Below, one piece after another: positions 41,846 to 56,252 of a DNA stretch of 64,000 nt (positions within the stretch are counted from its first letter, which is position 1; the number at the start of each line of letters is the position of its first letter). Both the position numbers and the translations under genes were made by a program. This DNA is from Chrysomallon squamiferum (Eukaryota > Animalia > Mollusca), in NCBI GenBank assembly GCA_012295275.1, contig CM022672.1, positions 28,954,001 to 29,018,000 on the forward strand. The letters are read 5' to 3'. A model generated the notes under the pieces. That model did no database searches and had not been told where the DNA came from. It saw only the letters and a program-made list of their open reading frames with translations.

Positions 41846-43684
41846 ATATTCTAAATCATGTGAAATTATAATCTGAAACTGTTGCATAAATGTTTCTAAA
41901 TAAAAATAGTGAATAAAAAATCACCTAGGATTTTCAAAATTGGTCAAGTAATTTTTGAGATAATTATTAATATCAGTTATGTTATATTATTGGGATCTGC
42001 TTAATGTCAATTTTGTGTTGTCCATATATTTATTACTTCTTGGAATATATTTTCAATAAAGTAAAAAAAAATTAATTGGATTTGTTAAGCATTTATGATA
42101 AAACTAAAGGAATGAAATGTTAAATGACTTATTTATGTCCTACAAAAATAATGATGTTTATATATTGTGACTAACCAGAATCAAAGAAATTAAATTATTG
42201 TGTAATGTCAGTTTTTGCTGATGATATTGATTTCCTTCTACACTTTTTTATGAGCAGAAACATAAGATGTTGCGTTCTGCAGTGCATCAGTACTTCCACA
42301 ACTAAATAATTTATAAGACACAAATGTAATATTCAAAGCACAATAAAAAAAAATAAAAAAATGTAACATGACGTAATCTTAGAACTTTTCACACACACAC
42401 ACACACATATACATACATACACACACTATGCTAGTTTGTCACCCACTGCCAATCTGTATATCCATTCAGTAAATTGATACATAACATATTTTTTAAATGT
42501 GTATTTTTTTGTTTTGCTTGTGTTTTGTTTATCTTGTACATTTATTGTATTTGTAATCTTGTTTATAATGATGATCTCTGTAGATAATAAAAAATTTAAT
42601 TGGAATTAAAATTAAACAGCTGACTATTGGAATACTTATGTGGAAATTACTCACAGTGTGCAAATGTAGACTTCAGTCGATTTGATTAGTCAACATTTTG
42701 AATGTATTTCACATATAATATTTCTTTTTATATGTAATAGTGTCAGTAATTTTTACATCAGAGATAAAGAATCCAGCTGTAGATACACTTTTAACAAATA
42801 AGGTGCTGTCATGATGGATGAGTGAGGCAATAATGTACATTTTATACATACTTGAGTGTCCTGAGAAACCTAATAATATTGGTCACTTCTAACAATTTAT
42901 GGTGTTAACTTAATCCAAACCTGTAAAGAAAGTAAGTAAAATGCAATAACCTATATTTCATTCACTTTTTACACAAATCTGAGTGAACTAAAACTGAAAA
43001 CTTTATTCTCCAGAAATTAGGTTCAGAGAAAAGCAGAAGTTAATAAATCATAAAAGATGTATAACTTTGGATCTATAACTATTAGAGACTTGATTGTTAT
43101 GAAATGAGCAGTGATAATGTAACACCATCACCAGATGTTTTGCACTGCAGTTGTCTGACAGGAAATTACCTTCAGCTCATAAATAAAAAAATAAAAACAT
43201 CTTGCAAAAGGAACATCACCATCTGAGCCAATATCTTAGTCATAACTTCAAACACACCACCCTTGCAAGGTATTTTGAGATACACAGTTTAAGGATAATT
43301 TGGGTTTCATGGGTAATGTGCAACGAGAAATTTGTGATATGCCATCATGTTTTGTGTAACTGCAGCAATGTTTTTTGTTGGAAATGCCTGTATCAGCCCA
43401 TTTGTATGCCACTTCCTGTGAAAACAGAACACAGAAACTATAATAGAAATAGTGTTTTCAATTTAGCAAATTATTCTTAGGTTGCTGGTTATTGAAACAC
43501 AAACACACACATAAAAAGAAAAAATAATTGTATACTAATAAAAAATACAGTATGTTGTAATATCATTGAGAAATTTTATTTACATAAACTACTGTCTACA
43601 ACAGTACTGATAGATCAGCATCATTATAACAAAATATTTTTTCTAACTGGTATGTGTTTATAGGAGGAACGAAAGGGAGAAACC

Positions 43685-43720
<36 letters not shown>

Positions 43721-46379
43721 TATGTATGTATCTATATATAGGTACCGGCAGCCTAGCTGAAATAATTGGTCGAAGCTGTTAAAAGTTAAGATTTTGTCTA
43801 TTTTCCTCCACTCCCAAATCCCTTCTATAAATCCTACCATTAAAAAACAAATACATGTAACTAAAGATCTTTATGTGCTCTTTTAAATGGTGTTGTTGTT
43901 CTTGTTGTATGTTAAATCAGTTCTTTGTACAAGAGTGTTAAACACGGTGGGGGTAAATGCACTTCGACGTCCGTGGTCAGCAATTAATAGCGTGGAGTAA
44001 AAAGTCCTAAAATAGGGTGGCTCTACAAACGCCTGGCTTGTTTTCGCTAAAATGGCATCAATGCTATTTTTAGCACAGCTAGGAAGGTCAAAGTTCAATC
44101 TTTCTAACAGTGTGCCTGTCGTCACTGGCAATAACTTATATCAAAAGTTGTGTCCAAAAATGTACTTTTCCATGCCTTCAAACCTCTTTTGAAAAATAAT
44201 GGCTGAAAATAAAACCTATGTTCATGGGATCAAATGAAAGATCATTCAGTTATCTTTCAAACAATGTACGACACTACGGTGTTTCTTCTTTGGCGTTTGA
44301 AAGCAGCACCTGCTTAGCAAAATCGCCATAACATTATGTTTTTTACAGAACATAATCACCGTAGATTTTATGTACAGCTAGAATGGTCTGGAGCTGTTTA
44401 AAATGATTATATTTATAATGACTTGTTGGCTGTTTGTTTTTCTTGAATGTTCCTACTTTTAGCGTATTGTACACGTGCATAGGGAAATTGTGTTCTGAAA
44501 TAAATAAACATTGTTTTGCTGATTACTATCTTCAGTTTAAAACCAGGGATTATTTTGCTTTCAAAATTCTTGAATGTCAAATCATAAACATAACAAACTA
44601 TACAACACAACAGAATAATGTATTCAGAGGTATTGATGGAACGCTGAATACAAATCTAATCACTTTTTTAAATATAAAATCGTAAATTGATCAGTTTTAA
44701 AACATTTTTGCTTGTTGATAAGCTCTATCAGAGAAAATTTCAACAATGGTCAGATGATAGGTAACTTTTGTTTGCTGTCAAATCACAGCAAGTACAAAGC
44801 TAACACCTGTGTCTTTAATTGCCTCTAGTCTCATGATTACATACATTTTATTGTTCCTGATTAATACCTGCAACACCTTTCTGGAATTGATTCCAAGGAT
44901 TAGCTGAGTTTATGTATTGCAAAGGATTATGGTTAAACATCAAATGCTTGTAAACATTTTAAGTAACATTTATATATATATATACACATCACAGTATCTT
45001 AACTTATTACTACCAGTTATTTAATGGAGTGAAAACTGAAGCTGCTTATGTAAATGAAGTTGTGCTGTTCTATATAAACTGAAAAGGTAATTTTTTTATT
45101 ATGGGCTTGGCAGAATTTTTATTACAAATGTTAGATTCAAGTATGTCATTTGAAAGATCTTGATAATTTGTTCACAACACAGGTTGAATTTGTCAAATAA
45201 GACAAAAACAGAAACCACAGTGTCTATTTGAACTTTTATTCATTCTGACATGTGTGTGTCTGAAGATTTTGGCATGTTTAGCATGTTATTGTGAACACAC
45301 ATACAAACATACAGGTCTGAAAAAAATTGAGCTCACTTAGCAAGTTGGTCCCATCACTCTTGTTGATTTTCAGCCTTTTGTGTCAATTACTTTTCAAACT
45401 ACTGAGAGAGAGAGAGAAAACTGTGTAAACATTCATTACGGAGGCATTATGCAAAATGATTAAAGTGATTCAAATCTTTTTGTATGCAGGCTTTTGCTCT
45501 TAATTATTGATAAAATCACATTTTAAGAACAAAGGATATTGATTAAATGCACTGCATAATACTTTTCATTTATTATCATAAACAACTTTAATACCTAACT
45601 TTTGCTAGAGTTTCAGATCAAATAATCTTACAAAAAATATATCTAACAAATTAACAGTACTTGAATATTACTAACAAAAGGTTCTGGTAACTTTCTCATT
45701 ACAATAAATATTAAATCCAAATACTGTTGGGATATTGTTTCAGCCATGTTTGCATTTAGTTATAAATATATTTTATATTATTTTTTTGTCAATATTTCAA
45801 ATTAAAAATAGCTTGTATATAAATTTGGCCAATCCTTATTTTGGGAAGTTTGTGACAGAACATTCACAGGCAACAGTATTCTGAGGTATGCGGCACCAAA
45901 ATAGCAGCAGTAAGAGACATTCATAAAGATAATAAATAATAATTCTGCAGTGATAATGTGTTTTAAAAACTTATCATTCAGATATTAGTGTATTTGCATA
46001 CATATACATGAATTTATATGTATGTTTCCTGTCATATTATTTCATTTACCTTTTGCTACACTTTATACCATTTTAGCCATCACACAGTGTAAAAACAATG
46101 GTTAAAATGCTGTAGTAGCAAACATTTTGTTTTAAATATCTGCATTATAAAGTTAATGTCCTTCTGACATTTAAAATAACTATAATTTAGTATTCATCTT
46201 TATGAATTTTCACATACTTTATTGCATATACAATCTGCTTTTATAAGAAATATGTATCTTGTAAAACATATTTTTAACATTTTTGATTTTCAAACTTATT
46301 ACTTGTTTGAATTTTTTTGGAGATATTTTACAAAGTCCTGTGGCAGAATGCTAACAATAATGTTTTGTTTCCATGACAG

Positions 46380-47146
46380 ATGTTCTATACATCCTATCGA
46401 GGTAAAAACACAGGCTCCTGGCTATCTCTAAGAACTAAACTCATAAGGGCAATATGCAAGTTTCCAGGGCCCTTGGTGCCAGTTCGGGAACTGCAACGAT
46501 TAGTCAGTGGACCAAGTGTGGGTGAAATTAAATGTAAATATTCTCTTGTCATAGTAATGTAGTTTCACAGTAAATAAAAACATAGTTTCCAAGACATTGA
46601 AAGAAGACTCATCTGAATAAAAGTTACTTTGACACCTTAATAAAACTTATTAATTTATTTGTACAAGGATATCTTGCTGATCTAATTTGTAGCACATTTC
46701 TCTCATCATATGCATGTAATATCTGTAATTTTCTTACAAATAAGTATTATTAATTCAGCCATTTATACTTTTAATTTCTTTGAATTCTTTTATTTTTTTT
46801 TACTAGTCATAATATTTCTTTAAACTTGAGTCATATTTTTAAAGAAGGACATCAAACTAAGTAAAGTCATTTGCCTGTTTTTTCAGTTCAGCTCAGGTGT
46901 CTAGAGCAGGAAGGTTTTGGTGAAGTAAAACTGTTTCCAAGAAATACAGCAAGACTTTATATGTTTTTTGTAAAAGCTCAACCTGATGCTCTGCCAGATC
47001 AAATGGTGAAAGAGCTTTTCGCTTCATCTCTGAATGCAGACATTTATAGAAATATGTATAACAATAAAGAGGTTGTTGATAAAGATTTGATGCAAATATA
47101 TTTACGCCATTGTGAACTTGATGCTTGTGAGAATATTAGGAGGTAA
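46380..47146 (+). CDS. Alternative terminal cassette 2: two-exon winged-helix-like domain (46380-46533 + 46887-47146)
   Basis: Acceptor CCATGACAG| in phase 0. LRTKLIRAICKFPGPLVPVRELQRLVSGPSVGEIK, then a phase-1 intron, then FQLRCLEQEGFGEVKLFPRNTARLYMFFVKAQPD...NIRR*. Confidence 0.82.
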
Positions 47147-49486
47147 TATTAAAAATGTTTTAGACTCAAGTCTGATTCAGAACTCTTTGTAAGCTGCTTC
47201 TGTAACTGTATTGAAGTAGTTTTTTCATGGTTTGCATCATAATAATCAATAAAGACCTGTATTGAAAAAATAAATAAACAGTACCCAGAAAACCTGACAT
47301 ATTTATATAAATGTGTTTTGAGATTCCTAAAAAATTATTGTTTGAAATTGGGTGAATAGTCTTCCAATTTTGTCTTTAATCTTACAAATAACATTTTATT
47401 GTATTTGTATGAAAATAAAATATTATTGAAATATTTCTCTATTGAGATGTTTTTGTAAGACAAAAACTAATTTCTGTTCTACAGTTGAGGATTGTGTACT
47501 GGAGTGCTGTTCTGCTAAATGTTGTATATAATGAGGAAATCAACTTTAATCTTTTCTTTTTATCTTTCCCACTTTTGTTAATTTTTTTTTTTTGGTACTG
47601 AATGAAGTAAATAAAAACTAATTTATCGTGATGTCAGTATCTGTGCTTACTCAAGTTATTGCAGTGATCTTTCAAGCACACATGCTCTTCAAGGTTAGAA
47701 CTTGTAACTAAATGTTTTAAGATTTGTTGAAAGCTCTTCACACAGGGATCCTCTGAGATGATCCTCTAGAATAAAACATTATAAAAAAATAATAGATAAA
47801 TGAAATTGCCTGATAGAGACTGCGGTTGTAGTGAATCTGGTGACACAACACAACGTTGCAGTGGCATTGATAATTCATTGTTTTGTGTCTGATTCAAACA
47901 GCATTGCTAGTTTAATTTTAGAAGGTTGAAATATATTTTTATTTTATTTTTAAAAATTTGTCAAGATAAGATGTTAACGGTGACAAAATGTCACATAACT
48001 ATTTCATGCAAAACAGAAATTTAACAGTCATCATAAAACTTGAATTATTTATCCATTATTTTGTTATTAATGCTGTTCATCATAATATAATGACCAATAC
48101 ACATTTATTTATGTTAAGTTTATTTTTGCTAATGATACTTTGATAGGCACAAGTTAACTGAATGGTAATTTTACAGGCATACCGAAGAATTTATTTAAGT
48201 TTTGTGTTTACCTATGGTGACCACTATTTTAAAGTTTATCAGAAAATATGAAGTGGTCTATCTCTGTAGTAGATAAGCAGAATGTGTAAACTTCTATTAA
48301 AATTAAATGGTTTAAGAAGATGTGGTTTATAAAATAAAAATAATTTATAACAGAATTTCATTTGGTTTTACAACAGTAAGATTCTGCTGATTGTATAAAA
48401 GTATAATGTAATTTTTTAACTCTGGCATCTAGGAGCTGATATTATAAAAATATGGTCTCTTTTTTTATAATGCACATCCAGGAATATTTTTATTCTAATA
48501 ATAAATGCAAAAAAAGGTAATTATAAAAAAATACCTAACAAAAACTAACTTAATAATTGTTGAATACAAAATATATGGTATTAGATGAATAAATTAATAG
48601 TTGTCCAACAGTTTTAATTCCATGGTTTGGTTAACTGGCATAGTGTGTATGAATGCTTGAGGACTGCATTCAATCAGTCATGATGTATAAGTAAATAAAA
48701 AAGAAAAAGAAAACAAGCAAACAAACAAACATTTAAAGACAATAGACTTGGAGGATTTTTAAAATTAATTTTGAAAACAGTGTTTATATATTCAACAAGC
48801 TTTCCATGGTAAATATTCAGAGAAATTTCATATGATTACATAATTTAATTTTAATCAAATTTGAAACAGGTGTGCTTGCTATAAATTTGGAATCTGTGCA
48901 ACAGATGATTATTTAAAAAAATAACTAAAAAAATTGTAAAAAGAAAACAGATTTATAAACAGTATGCAATCAAGCATAAGATAAAGACTGCACCAATAAC
49001 ATTTGTTACAAAATAAAAGTAAAATTATTCAATGTCTCTGTTGTTCACTAATAGTTCAGTTCTGGTTTTGTATTTTAAAGTAGTTTTGTGCCTAAAATGT
49101 TTTTTCCACTACAGATACTTAAATGTGTTAATTTTAAGTTCTAGTTAAAAGTTGGAAACGTGCTCTTCTTTTTCTAATGTGAAAAATACAGAAAAAATAC
49201 AGAGGGATTACTGTCATAGTTATTACACTTCAGCTTTAGCTATGATTTTATCAGGGTATTATTTTTGGAACATCATTGACTGTGTATATATATATATTTC
49301 AAAATATTTTTGTGACTGTAACCCACACTGTTGTCATCTAGCTGGAGATTGTCAAACCTTAATTTAGTCTTTATGAAATTATTTATCATATTTCCTAACT
49401 AGCTGTTTTTGAATCTGGCTTATCATCTACAAATTTTTAGTAAATAGTTTTTTTTTAATTATTGTTAATGGAAAAAGAAATACAAC

Positions 49487-49520
<34 letters not shown>

Positions 49521-49708
49521 TAAAGATAGAAATAAATCAATTTAAAAAAAAAGAAAAGAAAGAAAAATGAAAAAGGCAACTCATATTTTTCTAGCCCATT
49601 CTCATACATGCAGAATCTTTTTTATTATCTTAATGAAGTATCTTAGTAATTTTTAAGCATAGTTCCCAGAACAGACATTTTTTTCAAATATTTTGTTTCC
49701 CATGACAG

Positions 49709-50387
49709 GTTATATCTAACATGGGGTTTCCAACCACTGCTCATCATTCAAGCAGGAGAATTAAAACAATGAGGGAGAAAATTATAAGGGCATTATGCAA
49801 GTATCCTGGCCCTTTGGTTCCACTCAGAGAAATACAAAGAACAATTCGAGGAGCAACAATGGAAAAAGTGAAAAGTGAATATTTATTTGTTCTTGCATTT
49901 TCACCTTCACTTTCAAGATGTTAATATAGTCTAGGAGAAACATATTAAATTTATATATTTAAATATTAATAATTTATTAAGCAATCCTTTTTAAAAAAAG
50001 AAAAAAAAAAAGAAAGAATGATTTAAAACTAGTTCATAATGTGATGTCATTACTAACATACATATTGCTATTTGACCACAATGGAACAAGCATCTTCCAA
50101 TGAGTGAATAAAATGTTCCTTTGTTTTCAGCTGAACTGAAACTTTTAGAACAAGATGGTTTTGGTGAAATAAAGAGGCCACAAGGAAGTTTGTCAAGAGT
50201 TTCTAGATGTTTTATAAAAACTCCCGAGTACCTTCTGAAACCACAGTTAAGGAAAGAAATAATAGCATTAGTTGGCTGTGCAGACTCACAGATGTTTAAT
50301 AACAGTGACATTGTTAATGACATAGGTTTGGTACAGGTTTATCATCATCGGCACAGTGAACCGGTGTATGTCACTCAGTGGTGGTGA
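49709..50387 (+). CDS. Alternative terminal cassette 3: two-exon winged-helix-like domain (49709-49874 + 50131-50387)
   Basis: Acceptor CCATGACAG| in phase 0. MREKIIRALCKYPGPLVPLREIQRTIRGATMEKVK, then a phase-1 intron, then TELKLLEQDGFGEIKRPQGSLSRVSRCFIKTPE...QWW*. Confidence 0.82.
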
Positions 50388-51659
50388 ATTCAGTGAAATT
50401 GTTTTGCAGGAAAAGAAATAGTTATGTGAAAGATTGATAATGAAATTTTTATTTTTTTTTATTTTATGTAGTGGTGGCAAACTTGTGAAGCTTCATACAA
50501 AAACCATCACGCTTCCTTTTATTTTATGGAATTATGGAAGCAAAATTTTTTTGAAACTCTTTATTTAATTTATTTGAATTATTCAGGTATTAGTCAGTTT
50601 GAATAAAGAAATGCAAAGAATGTTGTACCTTGGCATTATATATATATTTAATGACACCAAAACATGACACCAAAACAATGTGAAAGAGCCTGTATCAGAC
50701 ACAAAATACCAATTTAGGAAACCAAAAATTAAAACAGCACTCCTGTGTTTTTAAATGTCACCTTAACATACTGATCAACATAAGTGAAAATAATGAAAAC
50801 AAATGGCATCCCATTATATATATATATATATAATTGTTACATAATTGGAGATATAATATATATATTCTAGGAATTGTACTTTTCTGAATGTAATACTTGA
50901 TTTGAGAAGGCTTTTATTTTTCATTATTGTATTACAACATAATTTGTAATACATTATATTATATTGAAGAGAAATCTTCAAAATATCCCTGCTTACCTTC
51001 ATTAGGCATTAAAGCTCTCTCTCAATGTGTGAAATGATTTTAATATTGTTTTCACACTTGGACTGAAAATAAAAACTAATTTCTCATTAGTCAAAATGCT
51101 TGATAACTTGACATTGTTTGAGTTGAAAAGGAACAGATATTTTTGTTAAAAGTATCCGTCTAGTTTTTCAGAAAAAGTTTATTTATTAGCGAGTATAATA
51201 AGGTGTGCCTTGGTATAAAATTTAAAACTATTAAATTTAATCATAAATTTTTATGAATTCTTTATTACTAATTCTTTTTAAATTTTGTCATGTAAAATTT
51301 TCAAATGTTTTTTTTTTTTGGCAAAAGAATTATAGTACTTCATAGTGTTTTAATGTGTATAACAATTGTTAAAATGTATGGGGTGCCAGTTCAATATTTC
51401 CATATGCCTTTTGCCTGGATTTGTATTTGGTAGAATGAAATGCAGATTCTTGGGAATGTTTGTTGACCATAAAATGAATCCTGTTAAAAATCCTTCAAGA
51501 CCAACAGATAGATTCTACAGCATAATTAATATTTTTAATTTTGTTTATTTTTTTTGGTAATTTCCCAGTTAACTTAATGTAATTATTGGTGAGGCTCCAT
51601 AAAAGTAATACCAGCTGCAGAGTTCAGTGGTTTTATTGAGAGTTGTAACTGTATAGTAA

Positions 51660-51713
<54 letters not shown>

Positions 51714-52152
51714 TTATTAAACAAACCTGTGGAGTTTGTGTTACGTGACTACTTATCCTGATAAAGAAAAAAAAGAAAACAATTACATATTAAAGTAATG
51801 TCACAGTATAACTATTATTAACATATCACATGCAACACACTGGAAAATGTAGAGAAAATACAACAAATAGTGATTTTGGTTATTTAAAATAAATGGATCT
51901 AATGCACAATTCTGACAATAATAATAATAAAAAAAGTATTTATAAAATATATAAAAATGGATTTATAACTGAATAAATAAAATCATTTTGTCTTGAGTGG
52001 AAAAATGTTAAGAAAATTTAAGCGTCTGCTCAAAGTCAGGAATTGAATAGAAGCAGGAAAGTAACAAAACTATGATTCATTAGATTCACCGATAAACAAA
52101 TTTATCTTAGGATCTGTATATGGTAACATTTGGTTTTTCTTTAATTCTTCAG

Positions 52153-52332
52153 GCTGCTCTATCACTATTTAAGACACTGCGAAGAAAAAAATTATATCCA
52201 AAGGCAGCCTTACGAGAAGCTGTTAGGGCTGTCCACAGTGAGGGTTGGACATACGCAAAGGCAGCCCGTGTGTTTAATGTTCCTGAACCAACTGTGAGGC
52301 GTTATGTGAAAACAAAAAAACCAATAACCTGA
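52153..52332 (+). CDS. Alternative terminal cassette 4: Pipsqueak (psq)/CENP-B-type HTH
   Basis: Acceptor TTCTTCAG| in phase 0. RRKKLYPKAALREAVRAVHSEGWTYAKAARVFNVPEPTVRRYVK* fits the psq HTH pattern Y---L--AV-AV--G-----AA--F-VP--T. Confidence 0.85.
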   Translation, partial: AALSLFKTLRRKKLYPKAALREAVRAVHSEGWTYAKAARVFNVPEPTVRRYVKTKKPIT

Positions 52333-52819
52333 AACAAAAACTATAACTGCTTCATTCTTTAATGGTGATTTAGCTGAAAAGATACTATCATCTGTATTCA
52401 GATTTAACATAAAAAAGAGAAGAATTAAATAATGTTGAAATGTTTGTAGCAGAAGCTAAAGTGTTGAAGAATTATTTTTATTCTGTTTTTTTTCTGTATT
52501 TACAAAGAAATTATTTTTTTATTTGAAGAATATTAAATTACAAGCATCTCCAATGAACTTTTATAAAACTTTGTGGATATATCTTTAATGGTCTATAGTG
52601 CTCAGTTAAAATCTGTGTTTACTAATATTTGTTTAAACAAGCAAGATATATTTTTTTTATTTGTTCTTTATATATATATGTTTCTTCATTATTCTTAAGC
52701 AGAATAATGTAGATTCTCTTTTAGAAACTGAAAGGGTTTTTATTTTAAAAATCTGTTTTACTTTTTTCTCTGTGTAAATACAGATAGTGATAAGTAATAA
52801 CTTTATTTTGATTCCACAG

Positions 52820-53002
52820 GTTCATATAAACAGGCGAGTAAGGAGAAGACAAAAGTTGTATCCAAAATCAGATCTTAGAGATGCTGTTAATGCTGTTAGG
52901 GAAGGAGGAATGGCCAAAATGACAGCTGCTCGCATGTTTAATGTACCTGAAGCAACTGTGAGATATTATATCAAAAATAATCTTCAAGTCCTTATGAATT
53001 AA
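52820..53002 (+). CDS. Alternative terminal cassette 5: psq-type HTH
   Basis: Acceptor TTCCACAG| in phase 0. RRRQKLYPKSDLRDAVNAVREGGMAKMTAARMFNVPEATVRYYIK...*. Confidence 0.85.
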   Translation, partial: VHINRRVRRRQKLYPKSDLRDAVNAVREGGMAKMTAARMFNVPEATVRYYIKNNLQVLMN

Positions 53003-53917
53003 CTTTCCTTCTCTTCTTACGTGAACAAGTTTGGCAATTCAACTTATATATATATATGTATATTAATGCATTTAAGAGACTTTTTGAAAAATAAAGTGTT
53101 TCTATTCAAACTTTTCTCTAGGATCACTTCATGTAGATTTCAACATATTTTTTTTTTTTTTTTTTTTTGGTCACTTCCCTTTTAGGGGTTCTAAGTTCCA
53201 GAGATTCATGTCTAACAAGGATACAACATGAACAGATACACACAGAAAATCCTGTTCTCAATCTTTTCAGTTTGTAGCCCTAAAAGAGAATGGTTGATGT
53301 AGATTAATTTCTGAAAAATTATATTGTTCTGATATGACAAATGCAGATAAAAAAAATAAACCAGCATTAGATTATTACATGAAGATAATTTTAATATATT
53401 TAATGAAACAGATTATTCTGTCTTCATTTATAAAATAAAAAATAAAATAAAAATAAGAGCATCAAGCAAGAAGATTCTCCAGAAGACATTGTTATTAATG
53501 TATTTGTTAATATACAGCAGAAAGATGACTCAATGAAATTTAACCAAGGACCAAATTCTATATGCTGTTTTTCATGAACATTATTTAGGATTTTTTAATT
53601 TTTATTGTTTTTGTTTTAAATTTATTTTCAGAATTGTGTATCTGAAATTTACAGTATTGAATATTCAGTATAAATCTTCATATATATATATATATATTTT
53701 GTAACTTATATGTGAATTGAAGATATACACTGTTATAAACTAAGTTGACAGTCATTAACAGATTCGTTACTAATGTCATCTTGTTTAATGTGAATAACAT
53801 GAATGTGAAGATACAGGCTCTCTTAAAAATAGACTGAATAGCCTAGCACCAGTGTCAGAAGTAATTGAAATAATGTGTTAAAGAATGTCTTACATTGGTT
53901 TTTCTCTTGGTTCACAG

Positions 53918-54100
53918 GGTAAACGATTTATTTCAAGAGGGAGAGGACCACGCAAAGCTTTGCCTTATACCAAGAGTAGCCTTATTGAGGCTGTTAAGGC
54001 TGTCCAAGAGCAAGGATTATCCAAATTAGCTGCTGCTCGTAAATTCAGTGTTCCAGAATCTACCATTAGGCTTTACATTAAACGCAATTTTAATCATTAA
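53918..54100 (+). CDS. Alternative terminal cassette 6: psq-type HTH
   Basis: Acceptor TTCACAG| in phase 0. PRKALPYTKSSLIEAVKAVQEQGLSKLAAARKFSVPESTIRLYIKRNFNH*. Confidence 0.85.
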   Translation, partial: GKRFISRGRGPRKALPYTKSSLIEAVKAVQEQGLSKLAAARKFSVPESTIRLYIKRNFNH

Positions 54101-56016
54101 TGACCACACCTAAGTCAATAATAAAAGTTTCTTAAAATCTGAAATAAATCATTTGGGCAGTTTAGATAAACTGTTCTTATTTGATGCAAGAGAGGGTATG
54201 AAACATTCACAAACTTTTCAGTTTGTTGTTTGTGCATTTTCTTGTGTGTGTATGTCTGTGTGTGTGTGTGTGTGTTTGTGAATGTGTGTATTATACATGC
54301 ACAAATGCACACATGTTGCATAATAGGTAATACATGATTTCTTAACAAATTTTAAAAATAAGAGAAAGACGTTAACAGAAGATAAAGATAACCACAAATA
54401 TTCATAATCATGTTTACCAATACATTCATAATTGCTGTTTTTTCCTCTTCTGTAAATATATATGATTATATTTACAACACCCCTCCATCTATGTACTGTA
54501 TCTTAATGTTCTTCTAGAATGTAAAATAGAATTAAATTGTAAAATAATTCATAAATACTATCTCTTATAATCATGCACAAAATTTATATTTTGTCAAATG
54601 ATACAAAAATTTCTGATTACATTGAATATTTATAATGTCAGTTTATTACTGCAATTTTATGTTTTGTTCATGAAAAAGATTTGATGCACCGAGAGTTCTT
54701 GTTAATTTATCATTCTATATGTGAGTTTTATTATTGCAGAATTTTTTATAAATGTGTTGTTCCAGTTTCCTTCTATATATATAATTTTTATGCTGCATAA
54801 CAAATACAGCAGTCCTCATAAAGTACAGAGGACTCTTTAATTAAACTCATTTATGCACAGAATAGTATTTATTTTGTGGGGTTTTTCACATGTTCAGTAT
54901 ATTGTAGTTTTCATAGTGTCAATGAAGTTACTTTAATTACCTTAATTAAATATAGTGTTAATAGTTAAGTTAGTGTTGCAGTACTTATTTCAGTAATGTT
55001 GTTCATGAAAAAAGTTTCATGTTATCAACTTACAATAAATACCCATTCTTTAGAATCTGCCTTATGTTATATTTTGTGAACTTAAAGCTATTGTATAAAA
55101 ATATCTTTTTCATCATCTGACTTAAAAAACATCAATGAAGTCATTTTATATATACTTTTTTTAAATTAAAATTTTTCTTTAAATTCTTTGTGGCAAGAAA
55201 CACTATTCATAGTAATAGATTTTGACTTCTTTGAATGAAGTATTGACTGCCCTGTTAATTTATAACAAATGATTTTCAGAACTGCCCCATTGAAAAAGTG
55301 CGCATGACATAACACCTGTATTTATAAGTTAATGCTGACAGTTTTTGTCAAAGTGGATGCTGTCTGTTAGCCATCTTATTTTTCTCTGTAGAGATGACAG
55401 TATTGTCAAGTAATTCTATCTTTTCATAGATTACATTTTAAGAATACAATGTCTACACAATTTCAAAGTTAACATAATTGTTTACTGTTTTACCTTGGAT
55501 AGCTCAGCTGCCTATAAACCTGTATTACTCGACTGAAAATACCAGTTTGATGATTGTTTTAAAAAGGATTATGTGACAATTTGATAAATAAAGACATAAG
55601 TATTTATTTTTATTATTTATTTTTTATAATGAGCAGTTGAGAGACTGTTTCCATGATTGCTGTTTTGGCCGACATTTGGAAACATGGAGTGTTCTAACAT
55701 CTTTTAAAACAAAAAATCTCACAAAATATCTCACAGATGTTGGTATTGCTGTCTACAACCATGGCTGAAAAAATTGCATTGAGCTAATCTGACATGATGT
55801 CTTGTTACACAACTGTTAGCTTCCTTATAATTTCTCAAACCAATGCAAAGTGATCAGTTATTGTGAATATAATAAAACTGCCACATCAGGACAAAATTTT
55901 GTAGTCTTCACATATATGATAAGTTTAATATGTGGGTACCAAGCAATAATCTTAGGAGCTTTTTCATAGATGGCCAACACTGCATAATTTTGCAGAACCA
56001 AGCAATGATATATAGA

Positions 56017-56147
<131 letters not shown>

Positions 56148-56252
56148 TTTTTGTTGTTTATACAGATTAAGATTTCATATTAAATAGTTAAAAAAAGTAA
56201 TAATAATTAAAAAAAATGTTAGTGAAAGTCTTTTTCTTATTTTTTTTTCTAG

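Noticed and set aside
43200-43420. Minus-strand acceptor-like site (TTTTCACAG) followed by a 55-codon frame, a candidate antisense trans-spliced cassette
   Set aside because: The translation has no recognisable domain, and such acceptors arise by chance in AT-rich DNA.
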